64,000 nucleotides of DNA, taken from positions 90,153 to 154,152 of the forward strand of contig CAVSBM010000008.1 of NCBI GenBank assembly GCA_963726175.1, written 5' to 3'. Positions 1 to 9,650 of the stretch are shown piece after piece. The notes under the pieces are model-generated. The model made no database searches. It had not been told where the DNA came from and saw only the letters and a program-made list of their open reading frames with translations. This DNA comes from an uncultured Chloroflexia bacterium. GTDB taxonomy: Bacteria > Chloroflexota > Dehalococcoidia > GIF9 > AB-539-J10. The translations under genes were made by a program, and so were the position numbers. The first letter of the stretch is position 1. Each line of letters begins with the position of its first letter.

Positions 1-2
1 CC

Positions 3-734
3 GATGGGATAGTGATAATAGACCCGAAGAAGGCAGTCGGACAAAGACAGATAGTGGACGCCTGCCCCTATCACGTAATATTCTGGAACGAGGAAAAGCA
101 GCTCCCACAAAAGTGCACGTTCTGCGTACAAAGGCTTGAGCAGGGGAAGATCCCCAAGTGCGTGCAGGTATGTCCCAGTCGGGCTTTGATTTTTGGCGAC
201 CTGGAGGACCCTAAGAGCAAGGTTTCTAAAATCGTGGCTTCCGGGAAAACTGAAGCCCTCAATCCTGAACGCAAAGCCAAGTCGAGAGTGTACTACCTGG
301 GTGTGCCGAAGCTTTTCATTGCTGGCTCCGTTGTATATCGTGACGTAGATGAATGTGCTGAGGGAGTGTCGGCAACCCTGACAGAGCAGTCTACAGGCAA
401 GTCGATCGAAACCTCAACAAACAACTTCGGAGATTTCGAATTTGATGGCCTCGGCGCGGGAACGTACTCCGTCAAGTTTAGATGCAGAGGATATGCAACG
501 AAGACGGTCCATGTTGACCTGAAAACTGACAAGTATCTGGGAGTTGTAAACTTAACCAAGCGTAGCCGGGGCAGTAAGACTGCCACTTGTTTGCGCTACG
601 GGAGTAGCGACCCGAAGACAAGACTGCAGACGGTATTTACGCCTTGTTCCATAAAGCAACCAGTACCTATTCTTTTCCACAGGCCTGGTGGAACACGGGC
701 AGCGCGCTTTCGAGTCAAGATTTTCGGGCCTTGA
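3..734 (+). CDS. 4Fe-4S beta subunit of a DMSO-reductase-family molybdoenzyme (BthL-like), 5'-truncated by the window edge
   Basis: The frame is open from the window edge (DGIVIIDPKK...). Cys motifs CPYHVIFWN...QKCTFCVQRLEQGKIPKCVQVCPSRAL align clearly with the complete paralog at 715-1554. The tail GDFEFDGLGAGTYSVKF looks like a carboxypeptidase-regulatory/Ig-like beta-sandwich. The last ~60 aa have no counterpart in the paralog, so the true stop may be earlier. Confidence 0.7.
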   Translation, partial: DGIVIIDPKKAVGQRQIVDACPYHVIFWNEEKQLPQKCTFCVQRLEQGKIPKCVQVCPSRALIFGDLEDPKSKVSKIVASGKTEALNPERKAKSRVYYLGVPKLFIAGSVVYRDVDECAEGVSATLTEQSTGKSIETSTNNFGDFEFDGLGAGTYSVKFRCRGYATKTVHVDLKTDKYLGVVNLTKRSRGSKTATCLRYGSSDPKTRLQTVFTPCSIKQPVPILFHRPGGTRAARFRVKIFGP

Positions 735-1554
735 CCTTTCTGTAAAGCTTTATGTCCCCTACGTTCACGTCCTTTTCTGTGCGTATGTCCTGTATCTCCT
801 GGGGATAGTATTTATCCTTCTCTATCCTCAGGGAATAAGTATGGTCAACCTTCATATCCTCAAACCAGAAGTCCCCGTAGCTGTCAGTCTTGACTGTGAA
901 TTTCTCACCGGTGTCCGAGTCCGTCAAGGTAGCAGCTGCGTCCTGGAGACATTTGTCTTCTTCCGGGGAATAGACGGCCCCAGCTACGAAGCTCCTGGGT
1001 AGGCCTATGTAATATACGCGCGGCTTGGCTCCGAACTCGGGATGTAATATCTCAGATTTGCTTATCTCATCCTTCAGATCCTTTTCCTCACCGAACTTGA
1101 GCGCTCCCGTTGGACATGCATCCACGCATCTGGGTTCTTTCCATCCTTTATCCAGGAGGTGAGCACACATGGTGCATTTCTGAGCTATATTAAGATCCCA
1201 GTTGAAATAAATTACTCCGTAGGGACATGCATCGATGCAATTCCTGTGGCCGCTGCATTTTTCGGGGTCGATGATTACTATGCCATCGTCTCTCTTGTAT
1301 AGCGCATGTGCTGTACAGGCGGGGATGCAAGGCGCTTCATCACAGTGCTGACATATGTCGTGAAGATATGTGACCCTGACCTTGGGAACAGTCCCCCTGA
1401 CCATGTCAGTAATTTTCATCCAGAAGTGCCCGGTCGCGGGCTGAGGCTTGGCATAGGGAGTCCAGTCGTTACCGACGTGCTCGTCCTTACAGGCCATCTG
1501 GCAGCAGTAGCAACCGTTGCAAATGTCGTAGTTGATAATCAGGGCCTTACCCAT
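715..1554 (-). CDS. 4Fe-4S beta subunit of a molybdopterin oxidoreductase with a C-terminal Ig-like beta-barrel (BthL-like)
   Basis: 279-aa ORF with CNGCYCCQMAC, CQHCDEAPC, CSGHRNCIDACP and CTMCAHLL...CVDACPTGA ferredoxin motifs. The C-terminal TDSYGDFWFEDMKVDHTYSLRIEKDKYY domain follows. It lies directly downstream of the alpha-subunit gene. Confidence 0.85.
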   Translation of the reverse strand: MGKALIINYDICNGCYCCQMACKDEHVGNDWTPYAKPQPATGHFWMKITDMVRGTVPKVRVTYLHDICQHCDEAPCIPACTAHALYKRDDGIVIIDPEKCSGHRNCIDACPYGVIYFNWDLNIAQKCTMCAHLLDKGWKEPRCVDACPTGALKFGEEKDLKDEISKSEILHPEFGAKPRVYYIGLPRSFVAGAVYSPEEDKCLQDAAATLTDSDTGEKFTVKTDSYGDFWFEDMKVDHTYSLRIEKDKYYPQEIQDIRTEKDVNVGDIKLYRKVKARKS

Positions 1555-1566
1555 TATTTACCTCCT

Positions 1567-4179
1567 TCAAATCCAGCCTTCTAAGCCGGGACCCGCATAA
1601 GGGTGGAAGGGACGCTCGAAGGCTTCCGGATACTTGCGCCTGAGCGCTTCCATGTCGGTTTTCTCGACTTGTGCCAGGAAGCCGCTGACTGCATGGCCAA
1701 CTGCATTCTTCGAAGTGGTGTTTCGGGGCACGATAGTGTTGATGGCACCACCACGATCGATCTCCCCAAGGGCAATTGGGTCCCACTTCGCACCGTGATC
1801 GATATACACCACGCCAGGCATGATGCGCTCGGTGATATATGCGCCCGCCAACACCGTCCCTCGGTCGTTATAGATTGAGATGACGTCCCCATTCTTAATG
1901 CCCCGCTTCTCTGCCTCTGAGGGGTGCAGCCAGGCCGGCTGATACTGGTAGCCGTCGGGGCCCTTTACCTTGCAGGTCTCAATTTCACGTAGCCAAATCA
2001 TATCCTGGTGCTCTGAGTGGACGCCCCAGCGCGGGTGGTTGGAGCACACAAGCAGCGGGTACTTCTTGGAGCGTTCGGTGCCGATAGTTTCCTCGTGGCT
2101 AATGCCTTTCGCAACCCACTTCGGCACCGGTGGCCGCTCCAGATCGTCAGGGAAGTGCTTGCGAAGGCCGGTAGCCTCGAATTCGAGCTTACCGGTCGGT
2201 GTTGAAAGCGGATGTTTCTCAGGGTCCTCATAGAATTGGTAAAAGCCAGCGGGCACATCCTCCCAATTATCGGCTGTAGGCACTACATAGTATCCCTTCT
2301 CATTAAGCTCCTCCCAGCTAATGAGGTCGGCACAGCGGGAGATTTCCCAGCCGTATTTGATCCAGTCAGCGATGGACTTGCCCTCGGTATACTCTTCCAA
2401 CAACCCCAGGCGCTCAGCAATTTTGCATACGATCTCGTAGTCACTGTACGACTCACCGAGAGGCTCTATGCACTTGTGTTCCGGAAACAGCAGGTTGTAC
2501 TGCCCGCTGAAGATGTCGACGGCGATGTCATCCTCTTCGAGCTTGGTATTGACCGGGAGAATAATATCGGCCAGCAAACACTCATTCTCCAGCCATATAT
2601 GCTGGGCGAACATGAACTCGATATCGGGATGACGCATGGCCCGGATGTAGTCGTTGCCGCAGTTCCAGCATGTGATCCACGACGGCGAGTCGGTCCAGAC
2701 CATGTGGATCTTAGAGCAACCGTCCGCCGGGTACTTGTAGTGCACGAACTGGTTTTCGCGGGGGGCTGTCTCCGATTCGCAGCCATACCAATCGCATTGA
2801 CCTTCGAGAATAGCCTTCGGTATATAGGTCTTCGGGATAAACGAGGGGTGATTGGTCTCATCCGGATGGCCGCCCCTGTAGGCCTTGCGCAGGTTGGGTA
2901 CACGTAGGGGCTTGGGTTGTGCGTACTGATCCGGCTTGTCAAAAAGTCCCCACTCTATCATCTTGGCCTGGTTAACACCCGGCTTGCCAAGTCCTTGCAT
3001 GGCCAGACAAATATTCTGCAGGCGGGCTGCCTCCGTAGCATAGGGACCGCGAATGCCAGGGCCACCATTGCCGATGACCACGGTAGTGCGTTTGCTCGCC
3101 CACTCCTCGGCCAGCGCTTTGATTACACGAGATGGCACACCGGTGATGGGCGCTGCCCACTCAGGCGTCTTGGGCACTCCGTCTTCTTCGCCCATGACAT
3201 AGGCCTCGTACTTCTCGACGCCAACGGCGTGAGTTTTGAGGTACTCTTTATCGTAAGTTCCGTTCTTGAACCAGTGATAAGTAATTGCCAGATACATCGC
3301 CGCATCGGTGTTTGGTAGGATCGGTATCCATCGGTCAGCGTGCACGGCGGCGGCATAATTAAGGTCAGGGCACACGTAAATCTGCTTGATGCCGATTTCC
3401 GTCCACCAGTAGCTCAATCGGCTCGGCAATTGGCCCTGCCAGCCCCACGGCGTGGTTTCCTGGTCGCAGCCCCAGAAAAGGAGCAGTTCAGCGTTCTTGG
3501 CGATATCGTAGAGCAGGTTGCTTTGCTGTCCCTGGCCAACCGGCTCGCAGCCCCAGAAGTGCTTACTCCCCCACCACCAGCCTTCCCAGCTGTCTGGCTG
3601 GCGGTTCTGTTGTGTGAAACCACCCCATAGGCGGAGCAGCCTGCGGCCGGCGCCATGGCAGGCCTGCACAACCTTATTCTCGCCGTGCTGGTCGCTCTCA
3701 TAAAGAAGAGCAGTGGGCCCGTACTTCGCCTTGATGCGATTCATCTCGCTAGCAATGATGTCAAGAGCCTGATCCCAGGAAATGCGCTTATACTTGCTTA
3801 TGCCGCGGTTTTGCGGGTTGCGGTTGCCATTGGGATCGAAGTCGACACGCATCATAGGGTGGAGGATACGTGCCGGCGAATAGACACGGTTCTTGTAGGC
3901 AATTGAGTACGGCGGCAGCAGGGTCTTCATGCTGGGCTCAAAAATCTTGCCCCTCGATTCCATCTTCCAGGGGTTCATATCCTTGGGATCATACTTCCAA
4001 TCGTAGTGCATCGGGCGGATACGTATGATTTTGCCATCCTTGACGTCCACCATCGAGGCGTTGGACCCATTCTCAGGTACACCGCAGAAGCTGATATCCC
4101 TAATAAGCGTTTGTCCTGCCACATCTGCCATGCTGCCTTTCTCTTTGGGTCGTTTTCTAGATTGCTCCTTTTCTACCAT
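1567..4179 (-). CDS. Molybdopterin oxidoreductase alpha subunit, pyrogallol-phloroglucinol transhydroxylase (AthL)-like
   Basis: Long intact ORF. DSWEGWWWGSKHFWG and the surrounding sequence recall the Pelobacter transhydroxylase large subunit (from memory). There is no N-terminal CxxCxxxC cluster motif and no twin-arginine signal. GGAGGG lies 4 nt before the ATG at 4179; the ORF is open upstream to 4236. Confidence 0.8.
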   Translation of the reverse strand: MVEKEQSRKRPKEKGSMADVAGQTLIRDISFCGVPENGSNASMVDVKDGKIIRIRPMHYDWKYDPKDMNPWKMESRGKIFEPSMKTLLPPYSIAYKNRVYSPARILHPMMRVDFDPNGNRNPQNRGISKYKRISWDQALDIIASEMNRIKAKYGPTALLYESDQHGENKVVQACHGAGRRLLRLWGGFTQQNRQPDSWEGWWWGSKHFWGCEPVGQGQQSNLLYDIAKNAELLLFWGCDQETTPWGWQGQLPSRLSYWWTEIGIKQIYVCPDLNYAAAVHADRWIPILPNTDAAMYLAITYHWFKNGTYDKEYLKTHAVGVEKYEAYVMGEEDGVPKTPEWAAPITGVPSRVIKALAEEWASKRTTVVIGNGGPGIRGPYATEAARLQNICLAMQGLGKPGVNQAKMIEWGLFDKPDQYAQPKPLRVPNLRKAYRGGHPDETNHPSFIPKTYIPKAILEGQCDWYGCESETAPRENQFVHYKYPADGCSKIHMVWTDSPSWITCWNCGNDYIRAMRHPDIEFMFAQHIWLENECLLADIILPVNTKLEEDDIAVDIFSGQYNLLFPEHKCIEPLGESYSDYEIVCKIAERLGLLEEYTEGKSIADWIKYGWEISRCADLISWEELNEKGYYVVPTADNWEDVPAGFYQFYEDPEKHPLSTPTGKLEFEATGLRKHFPDDLERPPVPKWVAKGISHEETIGTERSKKYPLLVCSNHPRWGVHSEHQDMIWLREIETCKVKGPDGYQYQPAWLHPSEAEKRGIKNGDVISIYNDRGTVLAGAYITERIMPGVVYIDHGAKWDPIALGEIDRGGAINTIVPRNTTSKNAVGHAVSGFLAQVEKTDMEALRRKYPEAFERPFHPYAGPGLEGWI

Positions 4180-4353
4180 CTTTCCCTCCATCACTCGTCT
4201 TGGAATTTTGGCCAGCACAATCCGGAAGGCTGGCACTTCCAGACGAACTGTATTGGACCGCCGATCGGCTCTCTATAGTAGAGTGTAGTTGACTCAGGCC
4301 AAGCTTGTCAACCACCTGTGCTCGCCTGACGTGATAGGTCTTGATGATTCTCC

Positions 4354-4381
4354 TTGACAATAGGCTTGAGACGAGTATAAT
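4354..4381 (+). promoter_or_regulatory. Sigma70-like promoter candidate
   Basis: TTGACA (4354-4359), a 16-nt spacer, then TATAAT (4376-4381). It points toward the SDR remnant, RidA and nitroreductase genes. Confidence 0.5.
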
Positions 4382-4485
4382 CTAGAAACTAACTGAGTTC
4401 ATTTGGTGTTCAGCTAATTCAGCAGACAATAGCAAGGGTGGTCAGACGGATTCCGGACGAAATTCAGCAACAAGAAAGTGACCGT

Positions 4486-4605
4486 AATGATGAAGGGCAA
4501 TGCCGGAGGATATTGTCGGGAGCTACCGTATTCTTTGCCTCAAAGGCGTCAGACCTCATTACCGGGCAAATCCTGTACATTGACGGTGGCGTGATTACTT
4601 GGTAG
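4486..4605 (+). pseudogene. C-terminal remnant of a short-chain dehydrogenase/reductase
   Basis: Reads ...ATVFFASKASDLITGQILYIDGGVITW* with TAG at 4603-4605, the canonical SDR C-terminus. The preceding MPEDIVG motif sits in another frame, and no N-terminal Rossmann part is present. Confidence 0.55.
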
Positions 4606-4640
4606 CAGCGGGAAAATAGTTTCTATCAGGAGGTAATGAA

Positions 4641-5087
4641 ATGCACTCGAAGGTGAAACATTATCCAGAGTATTGGGGCGGTAGAAAGCTGGCTTATCCT
4701 CATGTAGCTGCCGAATCGCCTAAGTTCTCTAGGTCTGTCGTGGTCGGCAATCTGATCTTCGTCTCTGGCTGTCAGGGCATGAACCCGAAAACTGTCAAAA
4801 CAGAGACTGACATTTTTGAGGGGCAGATGGTAATAGCCCTTGACAAGGTCAGGATGGCCATGGAGGAGGCAGGAAGTTCCATGAATAACGTTGTCAGGAC
4901 ACTCATGCTCCTTAAGAATTTAGAGGATTATCCTCGTATGCGAAAGACAGAGCTAGAGTATTATCAAAAACACGCCCCATTTCTGGTTGACAACCCGCCG
5001 GCTAGTACCTTCATGCAAGTCGCCAGTCTGGCAAGACCTGAGTTTTTGGTCGAGATAGACGTGATTGGCGTTATTTCCAGGGAGTAA
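4641..5087 (+). CDS. RidA/YjgF/endoribonuclease L-PSP family protein
   Basis: 148 aa. The sequence VVGNLIFVSGCQG...EGQMVIALDKVRMAMEEAGSSMNNVVRTLMLLKNLEDY...LVEIDVIGV follows the family pattern. An AGGAGG SD is present. Confidence 0.8.
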   Translation: MHSKVKHYPEYWGGRKLAYPHVAAESPKFSRSVVVGNLIFVSGCQGMNPKTVKTETDIFEGQMVIALDKVRMAMEEAGSSMNNVVRTLMLLKNLEDYPRMRKTELEYYQKHAPFLVDNPPASTFMQVASLARPEFLVEIDVIGVISRE

Positions 5088-5311
5088 ACAGCATGAGCTA
5101 ATACGGTCTGATACCCTGGGGCTGGCCAATGACTTAGGGCGTGGGGCACGACATTAGATGGTGGGCACGGAGAGCGCATCAGGGCATAGTACAAGAGCGA
5201 GCTGTCATATCTAGTATTATCCCCAATGCACATTGGCAGCGACTAACGGGAATTCTTTTCACCGGGACGGATCGCGAAACTAGCACAGAGAACGGAAAAG
5301 GGGGGGAGTTT

Positions 5312-6004
5312 ATGAATTATGATGATTTCCTCGAACTTGCAAGAAAGAGGAGAAGCATTCGCAAATTCAAATCTGATCCTGTGCCCGATGAATATATCGA
5401 CAGAATCATAGACGTAGCTCGACTCGCTCCCTCGGGTGGTAACTCGCAACCCTGGGAATTCATTGTCGTTAGGAAAAAGGAACTAAAGGACCGGATCACG
5501 GAGTTGGTTAGAGACCAGTATGCTATCACGCATAAAATGGAACTTACTAGAGTGCCGGAGTTGAGATTTCCCAAATATGCCAAACCCATCACAGAAACAC
5601 CTGGTTTTGGCAACGCTCCTGTTTTCATAATCCTGTGCGGTGATGTTAGGACAAAGGAGGCCTACCCGAAGGATGTTGTTCTGGTACAGGGCGATTCAAT
5701 CTTCACATCAAGTTTGGCTGGTGCATTTGGCTATATGAATCTGGCAGCTACCAGCTTGGGACTAGGCGCGCAGTGGGTGTCTGCGGCTGCCTCGCCCTAT
5801 GTTGAGACCCTTATCAAGATTCTTTTGCACATACCAAAGGAATTGGAGATATACCATATGATGGCAGTGGGCTATCCTGATATGGTGCCACCACCGAAAT
5901 CAGTTAGAGCCAGGGACGAACTGGTTCACTATGATTACTACGACAAGGTTAGGTTGCGTACGGAGAGTCAAATCGCAGAGTTTATTGCCACCTGTCGTAC
6001 CTAA
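5312..6004 (+). CDS. Nitroreductase-family protein
   Basis: RRSIRKFKSDPVPDEYIDRIIDVARLAPSGGNSQPWEFIVV is a typical nitroreductase N-terminus. The ATG at 5312 is preceded by AAAGGGGGGGAG, so the upstream 57 codons of the ORF are probably not translated. Confidence 0.8.
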   Translation: MNYDDFLELARKRRSIRKFKSDPVPDEYIDRIIDVARLAPSGGNSQPWEFIVVRKKELKDRITELVRDQYAITHKMELTRVPELRFPKYAKPITETPGFGNAPVFIILCGDVRTKEAYPKDVVLVQGDSIFTSSLAGAFGYMNLAATSLGLGAQWVSAAASPYVETLIKILLHIPKELEIYHMMAVGYPDMVPPPKSVRARDELVHYDYYDKVRLRTESQIAEFIATCRT

Positions 6005-6115
6005 CCGCTGACTAACATGTAGGGGAGTAGAAAGTTGGGCGGGCGCATGTGTAGGAACATCCAGGGATAGGCCATATAAGAATCGCTGCTGGCTAGTGGC
6101 ACATCCTGGTCAACT

Positions 6116-6862
6116 TCATAATTCATACGCCGAAGTATGCCTTCTTGACCGCTCCTCCTCCTGGAGTTCCCCCGCAGTGCCGCTCAGGGTAACACGCCCC
6201 ACTTCCAGAATATAGGCCCGGTCAGCTTCCTGCAGGCTTCGCCTCACATTCTGTTCCACAAAGAGAATAGTGATGCCCCTCTCTCTGATTTCCTGTAACG
6301 CTTTGTATAGTCTGGTAATAACAATAGGGGCAAGGCCGAGGGACATCTCATCCAGCAGCATAAGCTTGGGGTCTGCCATCAGGCCCCGCCCTAGGACTAA
6401 CATCTGCTGCTCTCCCCCACTCAGCGTCTTAGCCGTTTGTTTCTTCCTCGTTTCCAGTATCGGGAAGAGTTGATAAACGTTTTCCAGGTTTTGTCTTCTT
6501 CTCGACCGCGCCCTCCGACTGTATGAACCCAGTATGAGATTGTCCAGCACGCTCATGTCGGGAAAGATTCCTCTTCCTTCCGGAACCTGAGTGATGCCAA
6601 GTTCAACTATGCGGAAGGGTTCCATAGTGGAGATGTCCTGCCCGTCAAATTCAATCTTGCCCTTAGCAGGATGTAACAAACCTGATATTGCGTCCAACAG
6701 GGTAGATTTACCTGAGGTATTGGCACCAATAAGACCGACTATTTCGCCGGCTTTAACTTCCAATGACACGTCCCACAGGGCCTGGAAAGTGCCGTGGAAC
6801 ACATCTACATTGCTGACTTTCAGCAGTGGGCCTTGAGATGTTTCTTGAGCACACTTTTCCAT
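6116..6862 (-). CDS. livF: Branched-chain amino acid ABC transporter ATP-binding protein (LivF-like)
   Basis: Walker A GANTSGKST, signature LSGGEQQ and Walker B LMLLDE. The canonical tail ...VKKAYFGV* is in another frame ending at 6123, which implies a 1-nt indel near 6165. Confidence 0.85.
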   Translation of the reverse strand: MEKCAQETSQGPLLKVSNVDVFHGTFQALWDVSLEVKAGEIVGLIGANTSGKSTLLDAISGLLHPAKGKIEFDGQDISTMEPFRIVELGITQVPEGRGIFPDMSVLDNLILGSYSRRARSRRRQNLENVYQLFPILETRKKQTAKTLSGGEQQMLVLGRGLMADPKLMLLDEMSLGLAPIVITRLYKALQEIRERGITILFVEQNVRRSLQEADRAYILEVGRVTLSGTAGELQEEERSRRHTSAYEL

Positions 6863-6891
6863 CTCAGCTCACAACGAGCTTATCGTTAACA

Positions 6892-7603
6892 CTAACCGAA
6901 ATAGGCTGCCAGTACCTTCTCGTCTTTCATTACCTCGCCCGGCGTCCCTTCGGCGATTTTCTCCCCTTTGTCCATCACCACAATCCTATCAACTGCCTCC
7001 ACCATTACTTTCATAACATGCTCAACCAGTACAATTGTTTTGCCCATTTTGCGCATCTCTTCTATCATGCCTAGTATCCGCGGGAGTTCCGCGTCAGTTG
7101 AGCCAGCAGCTACTTCATCCAGCAATATCAATGTCGGGTTGCTGGCCAGGGCCCTGGCTAGCTCGAGTCTCTTAAGACTTACCGTTGCCAGATCGCGGGC
7201 CAGCATGTCCTTCTGCTCTGACAGATTCACGAGATCGAATATCTTATCATGTTCGATTCTGGTAGCCTTTTTGCCCCCGTATGTTGCCGCTACCAGAATA
7301 TTCTGTCGCGCCGATAGACTGGTAAACGGCTGAGGAATCTGATAGGTTCTGGCAATTCCAAGGTGACAGAGTTTTGTGTGGCGGGCAACGCGTGATGTCC
7401 TTCCCTTGAAACAGCACCCTGCCAGAGTCAGGGGGATATACGCCAGCTATGAGATTCAATAGCGTCGTCTTGCCGGCACCATTAGGGCCCATCAAACCCA
7501 GGACTTCACCTGCCTGAACCTCAAAAGTCATATCTTTAACCGCAACTATCCCCCCGAAATGCTTGTTTACTCTATCGACGGAAAGAACCGCTGTTTCCAA
7601 CAT
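6892..7603 (-). pseudogene. livG: LivG-like ABC ATPase, split by one frameshift
   Basis: ORFs 7247-7603 (GPNGAGKTT...DITRCPPHK) and 6892-7230 (LSLKRLELARALASNPTLILLDEV...) join as [15 protein letters not shown] if one T of the T4 run at 7372-7375 is removed. Confidence 0.8.
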
Positions 7604-7650
7604 CGTTACCTTTCTACTCCGCTGAATTGTATCTCATAGAACCTGCACTC

Positions 7651-8673
7651 TCAACTGGCCCTCGGCTCTACTTCAGGCTTCTGTGGATTGTGCCTTCGGC
7701 TGCCTGGAAGAGTTTTAGTGGGAAGCGATAAGCTCCTACCTGGCGCAGCAAGCCCCCAATACCCTGTGGCATCAGCTGTCACTACGACAATCAGTATGAC
7801 TCCCTGTATAAGCAAGCTCCAAGCACCATATGAAGCTAATAGGAACGTCAAAAAAGTAACGATGGCTGCTCCTATAATCGGTCCTTCTTCAATGCCTTCA
7901 CCCCCGATGACAGTCGCCATCAACGCCATAAGTAGCCACCGTATATCAAAGCCGCCCACCGGGTTTATACGCGGGCTGTAGATGTAATAGGCAGCGCCGG
8001 CTATGCCCATTATGAAGGCGGCAATGAGAAAGGAATACAACTTCAATCGGAAAATATTTACCCCGGCACTGGCGGCGGTGTTCTCATTATCGCGAATTGC
8101 GGTCAGCCCCAGGCCCAGCCTTGCCCTCAGAATTATGTGTACCAGGAAAATTGACGCCGCCGCGACGGCCAGGCCCAGCCAATAGGTGTCCCCCAGGGTA
8201 ATTCCCTCTACACCTGTTACCGAGTAACCGGCACCCATGCCTTGGTAGACGTTCCCGACAGGGCGCCAGAAAGAAAACCAGACCTTGAGCACTTCCGGTA
8301 GAACCAGTGTCCCGATAGCAAAATAGATGCCCTTCATCCTGAAGACAGGATAAGATATGAGTAGAGCAAATAGTGCCGCTACTGCAGCTCCAGCAATTAG
8401 CCCCGCCTGAAAAGGCACACCGACCCACGAGCCTATGGCTAAGGTGTAGCCTGCCAGCCCAACAAAAGCATGTGGGCAGAGGCATATCAGTCCAGTATAG
8501 CCGGCAAGCAGGTTCCACATATTTGCCAGAGCGAGGTATATGAAGAAGAGAAAGAGGTAATTAAGCCACCTCAGAGGGATTCCTATTACCGGGAATAATG
8601 CCAGCACCACCAGGACTGCTACTGATACCAATGTTGTCAATCGGGGGATCTTCATCTTATCTCTAACGACCAA
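7651..8673 (-). CDS. livM: Branched-chain amino acid ABC permease (LivM-like)
   Basis: Polytopic membrane ORF of the LivM type. The canonical C-terminus LMPQGIGGLLRQ...SLK* is in another frame ending at 7668, implying an indel near 7790. Confidence 0.8.
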   Translation of the reverse strand: MVVRDKMKIPRLTTLVSVAVLVVLALFPVIGIPLRWLNYLFLFFIYLALANMWNLLAGYTGLICLCPHAFVGLAGYTLAIGSWVGVPFQAGLIAGAAVAALFALLISYPVFRMKGIYFAIGTLVLPEVLKVWFSFWRPVGNVYQGMGAGYSVTGVEGITLGDTYWLGLAVAAASIFLVHIILRARLGLGLTAIRDNENTAASAGVNIFRLKLYSFLIAAFIMGIAGAAYYIYSPRINPVGGFDIRWLLMALMATVIGGEGIEEGPIIGAAIVTFLTFLLASYGAWSLLIQGVILIVVVTADATGYWGLAAPGRSLSLPTKTLPGSRRHNPQKPEVEPRAS

Positions 8674-9538
8674 ATATGCCTTGTGGTCTCACGGCTAATA
8701 TCACAAACACCAGCAAATAGGGGGCGATATTTTGAACCAACATAGACCCCCCCGAGAGATAACCCCCGAGGGTCTGGGTTAACCCAAAGATCATGCCTCC
8801 GATAAATGTCCCCGCCATGCTGCCTAAACCCCCTATTATTACCACGCCAAAGGAGATGATAAGGTAAGGGGGGCCTGACGCCGGCTGGAAGTAAAAAGTC
8901 AGTCCCTGGAGCACACCGGCAACAGCAGCACAAGCCATAGCGATGGCAAAGGCGAAGGAATAAACGCGATTCGGATTTATCCCCATACGCTCAGCTACTG
9001 ACGTGTTCTGTGAAGCGGCACCGATTGCCCTGCCCAGATAAGTTCTCCTCAGGAATTCACGAAGGGCAAGCATCACCGCTAAACCGCCAATGAAATCGAG
9101 TAGATAGTTAAGCGGGATAGTAAGCGGTCCCACGGCAAAAGTGTGCAGTTGGTAAGGCGTTGTCAAGCTCCTGGCGAACGGAGTCCAGATGGCCTGGCAG
9201 AGACTTTGAACTATTATGGAAATCCCAAAACAAGCGATTAATGCAGCGTCCAAAGATATCCTGAAAGTCCGGTTGATGATAAATTTCTGCACCAAGAAAC
9301 CGAAGGCAAAAAACAGGGGCACGCCTATAACTAAGCTGAGAAAAGGGTCTATCCCCAACGAGGTCATGGCTGCGTAAGCGAAGTAACTGCCAAGTATGAC
9401 CAGGTCTCCGTGGCCTACGTTTATCAGCTTCATCACCCCAAAAACCAGCGAAAGACCCAGGGCAATCACAACGTATAGCCCCCCCAGGAGAATACCCTTT
9501 ATGATAGGAGGAGCCAACCCAATCAGGAAATCTTCCAT
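8663..9538 (-). CDS. livH: Branched-chain amino acid ABC permease (LivH-like)
   Basis: 291-aa polytopic ORF ending in ...AVRPQGIFGR. It overlaps livM by 11 nt. Confidence 0.85.
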   Translation of the reverse strand: MEDFLIGLAPPIIKGILLGGLYVVIALGLSLVFGVMKLINVGHGDLVILGSYFAYAAMTSLGIDPFLSLVIGVPLFFAFGFLVQKFIINRTFRISLDAALIACFGISIIVQSLCQAIWTPFARSLTTPYQLHTFAVGPLTIPLNYLLDFIGGLAVMLALREFLRRTYLGRAIGAASQNTSVAERMGINPNRVYSFAFAIAMACAAVAGVLQGLTFYFQPASGPPYLIISFGVVIIGGLGSMAGTFIGGMIFGLTQTLGGYLSGGSMLVQNIAPYLLVFVILAVRPQGIFGR

Positions 9539-9650
9539 CTATGCCCCAAAACTTAGCACCATATTATATAAGGGAGACCGATATGGTGTCACCACATCGG
9601 TCTCCCAGCACCTAGACCTTAGCTTGTAGGCTACTCATACACACAGCACG

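Noticed and set aside
2212-2907. 231-aa ORF and many other 60-160-aa ORFs between 1581 and 4360 on either strand.
   Set aside because: They all lie inside or antisense to the intact 889-aa molybdoenzyme alpha-subunit ORF and have no motifs.
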